NCBI GenBank assembly: GCA_015065065.1
Contig: SVQX01000004.1
Coordinates: forward strand, 9,203 to 73,202
Reading direction: 5' to 3'
DNA: 64,000 bases
DNA from: Oscillospiraceae bacterium
Lineage (GTDB): Bacteria > Bacillota > Clostridia > Oscillospirales > CAG-272
The translations under genes and the position numbers were made by a program. The notes beneath the pieces were generated by a model. The model was not told the origin of the DNA, made no database searches, and saw nothing but the letters and a program-made list of their open reading frames with translations. This document shows, in pieces, positions 28,519-38,073 of the stretch; positions within the stretch are counted from its first letter, which is position 1, and every line of letters begins with the position of its first letter.

Positions 28519-28740
28519 GGCTTTGCTAAAAATCTAACCGTGCGAAAGATTATGATTTTTTATGTCACCTTGTAAATGTGAAGTTTTGGAATATTTTTAT
28601 TCAAATTATTTTTAAAATATTCATTTGCGCTTCACATAATGACCGCATTAGTATAGTAGTATAAATAGAGAAAAGTCATATTTTGCCGAGTTTTTGCCGT
28701 TATCGTGCGGAAAAAGAAAAGAATCAGGAGGCCCAATATA

Positions 28741-29433
28741 ATGATGGATACAAAGATCCTTGTTGTAGACGACGATCCCAATATCAGCGACCTGTTGAAA
28801 ATTTATTTTGAAAATGAAGGATATGAGGTAAAGGTAGCATCCGACGGTGCGGAGAGCGTTAATTACTTCAAGATGTACGAGCCCGATCTCGTGCTGCTTG
28901 ACATCATGCTCCCCAAAAAGGACGGCTGGCAGGTCTGCCGCGAAATCCGCGAGATCTCCTCAAAGCCCATTATCATGATATCCGCCAAGGGCGAGGTGTT
29001 CGATAAGGTTCTCGGACTTGAGCTGGGTGCTGACGACTATGTTGTAAAGCCCTTTGATATCAAGGAGCTTTCGGCGCGTGTCAAGGCTGTGCTTCGCCGT
29101 TGCCAGATGCACACCAATCAGAATGACGACGAGGTTATCAAGTTTGATAATATCGAGATAAGCAAGCAGAAGTACGAATTGAAGCTTGGCGGCAAGTCCA
29201 TTGACATTCCGCCCAAGGAGCTGGAGCTGCTCTACTTCCTCGCCTCCAACTATAACCGCGTATTCACCCGTGATCAGCTTCTGGATAAGGTATGGGGCTT
29301 TGATTATCTGGGTGACTCCAGAACGGTTGATGTCCACGTTAAGCGCCTCAGAGAAAAGCTGGAGGGCGTTTCGGATAAGTGGGTACTTAAGACCGTGTGG
29401 GGCGTAGGCTATAAATTTGAGCTTTTGAGCTGA
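28741..29433 (+). CDS. OmpR/PhoB-family response regulator (no adjacent histidine kinase)
   Basis: It has a receiver domain (ILVVDDD, LVLLDIMLP, ISAKG) and a winged-helix output (TVDVHVKRLREKL, VWGVGYKF). AGGAGG lies 9 nt upstream of the ATG. Confidence 0.9.
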   Translation: MMDTKILVVDDDPNISDLLKIYFENEGYEVKVASDGAESVNYFKMYEPDLVLLDIMLPKKDGWQVCREIREISSKPIIMISAKGEVFDKVLGLELGADDYVVKPFDIKELSARVKAVLRRCQMHTNQNDDEVIKFDNIEISKQKYELKLGGKSIDIPPKELELLYFLASNYNRVFTRDQLLDKVWGFDYLGDSRTVDVHVKRLREKLEGVSDKWVLKTVWGVGYKFELLS

Positions 29434-29443
29434 TGAGATCTAT

Positions 29444-29510
29444 CCAAAACGGCTGACTACATACGGCAAACCGCTTTTTCGCCGTTTGGTCAGCCGTTTT
29501 TGATTTAATT
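29444..29510 (+). terminator. Terminator/attenuator-like structure between the regulator and htrA-like genes
   Basis: The 5' arm ccaaaacggctgac can pair with either gccgtttgg (29481-89) or gtcagccgtttt (29489-500). The latter is followed by a T-run. Confidence 0.5.
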
Positions 29511-29585
29511 TTGCATATACTGAAAAAACGTAAGCCTTCAAGGCAAGAATAACCATTGGCGTAAAAGTCCCTGAAAGGAGAAAAA

Positions 29586-31019
29586 ATGGACGATAATTCT
29601 TTGAACAACGAAATGGAAAATGAGATAGAAAAGGCAGACGATTCCGTTGTGGATACGGAAAAGAAAGAGAACGAGGAACTTGGCGAAACCGTTGATACAT
29701 CTAAAAAGACGGACGAAAAGACGGACGAAAAGACGGACGGTGATACCGATAACAAAGCAAAAGAGAATTCAACTCCTTATTCCTTGAATCTCGGCTCTGA
29801 ATTCAATGTCTCCAATAATGGTAAAAAGTCCGATAATTATGGCAAGCAGGATAAGAAAAAGACGGTTCTCATTATCGCAGTGACCGCCGTATACGCTCTT
29901 GCTATGGGAGTAGTTATAGGAATATTGCTTTCATTCCTGTATTCAGGTGGCAAAACGGCGAATTACAATCCCGTGGGCGTCAGCACCGAGGTGTCGGATG
30001 AGGCAAAGGAGGATGCTGCGGCACTCAGCGGTATCGCCAAGGCGAAGGAGAGCGTCGTTGTGATAACCACCACCACGATTGATGCCAAGGGAACGGCAAC
30101 GGGAATAGTGTTGACCGATGACGGATATATCCTTACCAATCATCACGCTATCGACGGTGCTTTGTCCATCACGGTTACGTTTGCTGACGGAATAAGCACG
30201 TCCGCAACTCTACGCGGCTCGTCTGAGGCGGACGACCTTGCAGTGATAAAGGTTGAAAGGGAGGGGCTTATCCCCGCTGAATTCGCATCCACCTCCACCT
30301 GCTACGTGGGACAGGAAATTTACGTTATCGGCACACCCGTCAGCACGGATTACCGCTGGACGACCACACAGGGAATAATCTCTTACGTGGACAGAGAGAT
30401 CAAGATATACAACGATTCGGGAACACTTCAGAAGAAGCTGAAGCTTTTGCAGACCGATGCCATGCTCAATCCCGGCAACTCGGGCGGTCCTATGCTGAAT
30501 ACCGATGGGCAGGTGCTTGGAATTATCAATATGAAGCTTGCGGGGGATGTCGAGGGAATTGGCTTTGCCATTCCGTCGGACGGCGCTATTGAGATAGCCA
30601 ACGCTATTATGAAGGACGGAAACGCTGACAGTGTGAATTCCTCCATATCCTCAAAGCGCCCCATTCTCGGAATCGTCGGCGTGTATATCCAGGAAGGACT
30701 TTACTACGTCAACGTCGAGCAGAACGGACAGTCCTATATCCGAGTGGCAAGTGCCGAGGAAAAGCGCACCATGAAGGATAAGCTTATATATTCCGAGTAT
30801 TCGGGACTGTACGTCAATTCCGTTACCCAAAATACGGGGGCGTACGGTAAGCTGCAAAGGGGAGACGTTATAGTCGAGGTCGAGGGTGAGGAGGTCACAA
30901 GCCGCTCGCAGTTCTCATCGGTGCTTGACGATATGAGCGTGGGCGACACGGTAGAGATAAAATTCCGCCGCGACGGCGCGCTTTGCTCGGTAGATATCGA
31001 GCTGACGGCTGAGGAATAA
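29586..31019 (+). CDS. HtrA/DegP-type S1C serine protease with an acidic N-terminus, one TM segment and a C-terminal PDZ domain
   Basis: It has the trypsin-fold triad context (TNHHAI, DLAVIKV, GNSGGPMLN) and a PDZ-like tail (GLYVNSV...GDVIVEVEGEEV). Confidence 0.85.
   Translation: MDDNSLNNEMENEIEKADDSVVDTEKKENEELGETVDTSKKTDEKTDEKTDGDTDNKAKENSTPYSLNLGSEFNVSNNGKKSDNYGKQDKKKTVLIIAVTAVYALAMGVVIGILLSFLYSGGKTANYNPVGVSTEVSDEAKEDAAALSGIAKAKESVVVITTTTIDAKGTATGIVLTDDGYILTNHHAIDGALSITVTFADGISTSATLRGSSEADDLAVIKVEREGLIPAEFASTSTCYVGQEIYVIGTPVSTDYRWTTTQGIISYVDREIKIYNDSGTLQKKLKLLQTDAMLNPGNSGGPMLNTDGQVLGIINMKLAGDVEGIGFAIPSDGAIEIANAIMKDGNADSVNSSISSKRPILGIVGVYIQEGLYYVNVEQNGQSYIRVASAEEKRTMKDKLIYSEYSGLYVNSVTQNTGAYGKLQRGDVIVEVEGEEVTSRSQFSSVLDDMSVGDTVEIKFRRDGALCSVDIELTAEE
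29706..29741 (+). repeat. 3 x 12-nt in-frame tandem repeat (aagacggacgaa) encoding KTDE-KTDE-KTDG
   Basis: This is a direct reading of the sequence inside the htrA-like N-terminal acidic region. Confidence 0.9.
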
Positions 31020-31020
31020 A

Positions 31021-31060
31021 CCCGACGGGCTGACTTTTGTCAGCCCGTCGGGTTTTTAAA
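31021..31060. terminator. Bidirectional terminator between htrA-like and mnmA
   Basis: A 14-bp stem cccgacgggctgac/gtcagcccgtcggg is followed by tttttaaattttt. Confidence 0.85.
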
Positions 31061-31063
31061 TTT

Positions 31064-32101
31064 TTAAATTATTATCCCTCCGCCGATAACGGTGTCGCCG
31101 TCGTAAATTACGGCAGACTGACCGCGCGCGGGTGCGCGTTGCGGCTCGTCAAAAATGACGGTAGCTGTATCCTTGGCGGTCTGAATGAGAGTCGCCGGAG
31201 CGGCTTTGTGCGCGTAGCGTATCTTTACCTCAGCGCGGATATTGCCGTCAAGTCTGTCGCAGGCGATAAGATTCAGGGTGTTTAGCCTTACCTCCTTGGT
31301 GAAAAGAGAATCGTTGTCGGACAAGACTATTCTGCCCGTCGCCGCGTCCTTGTCCTTGACGAACATGGGTTGACCGAAGGAGATGCCGAGTCCCTTGCGC
31401 TGACCTACGGTGTAGTAAATGATCCCCTTATGTCTGCCGAGAATATTGCCGTCAATATCGGTAAAATCTCCCGACTGCGGTGCTTTACCTGTGCGGTGTG
31501 TGATAAATCCCGCGTAGTCGCCGTCGCGCACGAAGCAGATGTCCTGGCTGTCACTCTTGTGCGCTGTCACAAAGTCACGCTCGGAGGCAAGCTCGCGTAT
31601 TTCGGATTTTGAAAGTCCGCCGAGGGGGAACACCGTCCTTGAAAGCTGATGCTGTGACAGCATCCATAAAACGTAGCTCTGGTCCTTGGCGGAGTCTGCC
31701 GCCCGCCGCAAGAGATATCTGTCGCCGCACTTTTCAATGCGCGCGTAGTGTCCGGTTGCTATTTTGTCAGCACCCTCGGAGATGGCGCGGTCAAGAAGCG
31801 CTCCGAATTTGAGATATTTATTGCACACGATACACGGGTTCGGAGTGCCGCCGTCCTGATAGACGGAAACGAAATTATCTATGACACACCTTGCAAATTC
31901 ATCACGCATATCGTAAACGGAATGACTGATCCCAAGCTGATGACACAGCGCGGCGGCATCACGGATATCCGCATCTGCAGTCGTGTCGTCAACGAGGCGC
32001 ATAGTCACACCCGAAACGCAGGAGCCGCCTTCAAGCAAAAGCCATGCAACGGCAGAGCTGTCAATACCTCCGCTCATGGCGGCAAAAATTTTTTCCTTCA
32101 T
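31064..32101 (-). CDS. mnmA: tRNA 2-thiouridine(34) synthase MnmA
   Basis: It has the PP-loop AMSGGIDSS and the CNKYLKF region. I chose the start at 32101 (MKEKIF) because GAGGA lies upstream. Confidence 0.9.
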   Translation of the reverse strand: MKEKIFAAMSGGIDSSAVAWLLLEGGSCVSGVTMRLVDDTTADADIRDAAALCHQLGISHSVYDMRDEFARCVIDNFVSVYQDGGTPNPCIVCNKYLKFGALLDRAISEGADKIATGHYARIEKCGDRYLLRRAADSAKDQSYVLWMLSQHQLSRTVFPLGGLSKSEIRELASERDFVTAHKSDSQDICFVRDGDYAGFITHRTGKAPQSGDFTDIDGNILGRHKGIIYYTVGQRKGLGISFGQPMFVKDKDAATGRIVLSDNDSLFTKEVRLNTLNLIACDRLDGNIRAEVKIRYAHKAAPATLIQTAKDTATVIFDEPQRAPARGQSAVIYDGDTVIGGGIII

Positions 32102-32121
32102 ATTTTCCTCGTGTCTGTGAT

Positions 32122-32634
32122 TTAAAGCTGTCCCTCGCCCCAAACGAAGGCGGTCAGCTCGCCCGATTGGCGCAAGCCCTCAAACCCGTGCTGACGAAGC
32201 ACCTCGTAGACCGCGATGGCTACGGAATTCGAAAGATTCAGCGAGCGCAAGCGGTCCAGCATGGGTATGCGTACGCACCTGTCGGGATTGGAAAAAAGCA
32301 GGTCCTCGGGGAGTCCGCGGGTTTCCTTTCCAAACATAAGAAACACGTTGTCGCCGTATTCAACTTCGCTGTAAAGATTTTGCGCCTTGGTGCTGAAAAA
32401 ATATATCTCGGCGCTTGGATTTTTGCTGAAAAAATCGTCAAGTCCGTCGTAGTAGTGAACGTCCAGCTTGTCCCAATAGTCAAGTCCCGCACGGCGCATA
32501 CGCCTGTCGTCAATAGTAAATCCGAGAGGGCGGATGAGGTGCAGGGAAGCGCCGGTCGCGGCGCAGGTGCGGGCGATATTGCCCGTGTTCTGAGGGATCT
32601 CGGGTTCGCAAAGAACGATATTTATATGAGGCAT
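32122..32634 (-). CDS. trmL: tRNA (cytidine/uridine(34)-2'-O)-methyltransferase TrmL (SpoU family)
   Basis: The N-terminus INIVLCEPEIPQNTGNIARTCAATG and the short length of about 170 aa are typical TrmL. Confidence 0.85.
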   Translation of the reverse strand: MPHINIVLCEPEIPQNTGNIARTCAATGASLHLIRPLGFTIDDRRMRRAGLDYWDKLDVHYYDGLDDFFSKNPSAEIYFFSTKAQNLYSEVEYGDNVFLMFGKETRGLPEDLLFSNPDRCVRIPMLDRLRSLNLSNSVAIAVYEVLRQHGFEGLRQSGELTAFVWGEGQL

Positions 32635-32821
32635 ACTTATCTCCTGTCAATAGCTTTTACGCAATAATTTTACCACAAAGCCGAGAAAGTTGCAAGTATT
32701 ATCTGAAAATTTACAAAAATATATATAATATTCTTAAGTTTTATGTTATAATAAGATATTAGCTTGCAGACAGTGAATATTGAATTAACATAAAAACCTG
32801 TACGAAAGGAATTTATCCATT

Positions 32822-35587
<2,766 letters not shown>

Positions 35588-35606
35588 ATTCAAGGAGATT
35601 TAAATT

Positions 35607-36329
35607 ATGGGCTTTGGCTTGCTCTTGTGCGGATATTTTGTGCTGTTTATGATGTCCTTCGGAATGGGGGAGTACAGCTTTGCCGCACTGCTGATAGGAG
35701 GCTTCATATCCTTTAACGCCGCCGCACGGCTGAAGGACTACTGTCCGAGCTTTATATGGACGGCTGTGATATCTTTGCTCTATTTTCTGTTTGGACTTTG
35801 GGGTGCGGTATCCTTTGTCAATGATATGCTCCTCCTTGACCTGCCAATTTTCGGCGGTGCGGCACAAACGGTAGTTCAGTACGTGGACTTCGGACTTGGA
35901 CTTGCTTATCACCTCTGTATGCTGTATTCCGTATTCGAGCTGTCAGGTCAGCTCGGGGTGGAGAAAATACGCAGCCGCGCGCTGTTTGAAATGATATTTA
36001 TGTCGGCACTCGGCGTATTTCAGCTTCTGATATATGCGGTCCCGTCCCTTGCAGGCGTGGAAAATCAGATGCCGACGAAATTCCTTATCCTCTTTACGCT
36101 GATAGCGTATATCATCAATCTTTTCGTCCTGTACTCCTGCTATAACAACATCTGCCCCGCAGGGGAGGAGATGGGCAAGGAGCGCAAGCCGTCAAGATTT
36201 AAGTTTATCAACAATATCCGCGAAAAAATGGAGGAAAAAGAGGCTCGTGCCGTGCGCGAATCTCTTGAATACATAAAAGAAAAACAGGAAAAGAAAAACA
36301 AGAAAAGGGAACAGCGACGCCGTCGCTGA
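35607..36329 (+). CDS. Polytopic membrane protein of unknown function with a Lys/Glu/Arg-rich C-terminal tail
   Basis: Several hydrophobic segments are followed by EKMEEKEARAVRESLEYIKEKQEKKNKKREQRRRR. RBS AAGGAG. Confidence 0.6.
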   Translation: MGFGLLLCGYFVLFMMSFGMGEYSFAALLIGGFISFNAAARLKDYCPSFIWTAVISLLYFLFGLWGAVSFVNDMLLLDLPIFGGAAQTVVQYVDFGLGLAYHLCMLYSVFELSGQLGVEKIRSRALFEMIFMSALGVFQLLIYAVPSLAGVENQMPTKFLILFTLIAYIINLFVLYSCYNNICPAGEEMGKERKPSRFKFINNIREKMEEKEARAVRESLEYIKEKQEKKNKKREQRRRR

Positions 36330-36358
36330 GCAAAGACCGAAAAACGGAGGTGAAGGGC

Positions 36359-37750
36359 GTGAAGGGTAAAAAATATCTCGGGATAGGATATATTCTTGCG
36401 GGAGCAGTGTTTCTTTGCAATCCAATGATAAGTGTTTTTGATATCCTTCCCGATTTTATCGGATATCTGCTTGTGCTTGGCGGAATTTACGCAATGGCGG
36501 ATATAAATATCTATCTTTCAGATGCGCGAAAGCAGGTAAAATATCTTGCCGTCAGCTCGCTTGTGAGAGCGCTATCCATTCTGTTCATTTTCGGAATTGC
36601 CGCACCGCGTGAGCAATCCACTCTGCTTGTGCTTGTGGCGTTTGCTCTGGGTGTGATCGATTGCATACTGCTCGTAGGCGCGTGGAAAAATATCTTCGGC
36701 GGACTTACATATCTCGCCACGGGACACAGCGGAGAAGCGGTACTCGCCCCCGCAAAGCGGGGAAGCGTGACCGACCGCATGCACAAAAGCACCGTGTTCT
36801 CACTTATATTCATTCAGGTCATGGCATTGCTTCCCGAATTTGCATCCTTTACCGACCGCGGTATATATACCGACCTGGACAGCGCCGCACCCGACATATC
36901 CTCACATATCGGACTTTTGCGAGCAACGGCGATAATTGCCGCTCTTGCGGTGGGTATCGTTTGGGTTGTCAAGATGTCTGGATATATCAGGCTTTTGAAA
37001 AAGGACGAGCCGTTTTTTGAAAGCCTTAACGAAAAATACGCCTCCGATGTGCTTGCAAAGCCGCATATTTTCGCGGCGAGAGCGATAAGACGCGGTCTGC
37101 TTTGCATTTCGGCAGGACTGGTTTTGGGTATTGATTTTTACGATTCGGGACTGCTTGGCTGTAATATTATTCCCGACGTGCTTTCCGCAGCGCTTTTGGT
37201 TGCGGGAATTTTGATGATGCGAAAGCAAACCTCGGGATGGCAGATACCCACTCTTGTCTGCTCGGCTTACGGCCTTTGCGAGGTGGCGGTGTGGCTGTCG
37301 CAGTACGGATATTTCAAGTCGGCTGCGGCTGTGGATATATTCAAAAGTCAAACGCTTTACGGCGCGTATTACCGTATGTGCGCGGTCACGTTTGGCGGCG
37401 AGCTGCTTTTCCTTGCGGCACTGCTGTCCGTAATTCTGCTTTTGCACAGAGTGATAAAGGCGCATACGGGCGTGCTTGCAATATCGTCAGGCGGTTCGGC
37501 TTACAGTAAGGAGAGAACTAAATTTATACATAAGTCGCTTACCCTGCGGCTGGTAGCGGTGGGAGTCGTGGGTATACTTGCAGTAGCGGCAACGGTCACG
37601 TACTTTATGTCCTTGCCTCACGCATATAACACGCTCTGGGAGGCGTTTTGGATAATCAATATGGCACTGAGCGCCGTGTTGGCGGTGGTGTTTATAAGCT
37701 TTTCCTCAAATCTTTCGGAGCAGATCGAATATAAATATCAGCTGGTTTGA
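36359..37750 (+). CDS. Polytopic membrane protein of unknown function
   Basis: It has about 10 or more hydrophobic segments. I chose the GTG at 36359, which lies 8 nt after GGAGG. The listed start 36350 overlaps the RBS. Confidence 0.6.
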   Translation: MKGKKYLGIGYILAGAVFLCNPMISVFDILPDFIGYLLVLGGIYAMADINIYLSDARKQVKYLAVSSLVRALSILFIFGIAAPREQSTLLVLVAFALGVIDCILLVGAWKNIFGGLTYLATGHSGEAVLAPAKRGSVTDRMHKSTVFSLIFIQVMALLPEFASFTDRGIYTDLDSAAPDISSHIGLLRATAIIAALAVGIVWVVKMSGYIRLLKKDEPFFESLNEKYASDVLAKPHIFAARAIRRGLLCISAGLVLGIDFYDSGLLGCNIIPDVLSAALLVAGILMMRKQTSGWQIPTLVCSAYGLCEVAVWLSQYGYFKSAAAVDIFKSQTLYGAYYRMCAVTFGGELLFLAALLSVILLLHRVIKAHTGVLAISSGGSAYSKERTKFIHKSLTLRLVAVGVVGILAVAATVTYFMSLPHAYNTLWEAFWIINMALSAVLAVVFISFSSNLSEQIEYKYQLV

Positions 37751-37828
37751 ATATGATTGAATAATCTGCCGTGATTTTACCAATACTCCTTTTGCACCCC
37801 CAAAAATTTTTAAAAGGAGCAAAAAATC

Positions 37829-37999
37829 ATGGACAACAACAACTACAACAACCAGCAGAATCAAAACAAGAATCAGAGTCAGAACAAAAATCAGAATCAG
37901 AACCAGAACCAGAACAAAAATCAGAATCAGAACAAGAACTCCAAGGATTCTGAGAATTCCTCTAACAGATCTCAGAGCGAATCTAACAGAAACTATTGA
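37829..37999 (+). CDS. Candidate 56-aa Asn/Gln-rich micro-protein (MDNNNYNNQQNQNKNQSQNKNQNQNQNQNKNQNQNKNSKDSENSSNRSQSESNRNY)
   Basis: It falls below the ORF-track cutoff. The ATG is preceded by AAAGGAG at a 9-nt spacing. A GC-rich hairpin (38012-38038) follows. Confidence 0.45.
   Translation: MDNNNYNNQQNQNKNQSQNKNQNQNQNQNKNQNQNKNSKDSENSSNRSQSESNRNY
37850..37940. repeat. Imperfect hexanucleotide microsatellite (AAYCAG/AAYAAR)n
   Basis: The sequence reads cagaatcaaaacaagaatcagagtcagaacaaaaatcagaatcagaaccagaaccagaacaaaaatcagaatcagaacaag. All frames are open across it. Confidence 0.85.
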
Positions 38000-38073
38000 C
38001 AAAAAAGCACCCCCGACGCCCATTTTTCTGGCGTCGGGCGGCGACTTGTATACATCCCCGAAAGGAAAAATTT

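Noticed and set aside
37758-37787. A forespore (sigma-G/F-like) promoter might lie in front of the N/Q-rich micro-ORF (TGAATA ... caatact).
   Set aside because: Only the -35-like element fits. The -10 region does not match CATnnTA at the right spacing. I keep it only as a remark inside the finding and not as a feature.
37706-38023. A minus-strand 105-aa very hydrophobic ORF and a plus-strand 60-aa ORF (37771-37953) lie over the hexanucleotide repeat.
   Set aside because: Both are alternative readings of the same (AAYCAG)n repeat, which is open in every frame. Neither has an RBS, and the minus-strand ORF overlaps the 3' end of the upstream membrane-protein gene. Only the 37829 frame has an ATG with a Shine-Dalgarno sequence.
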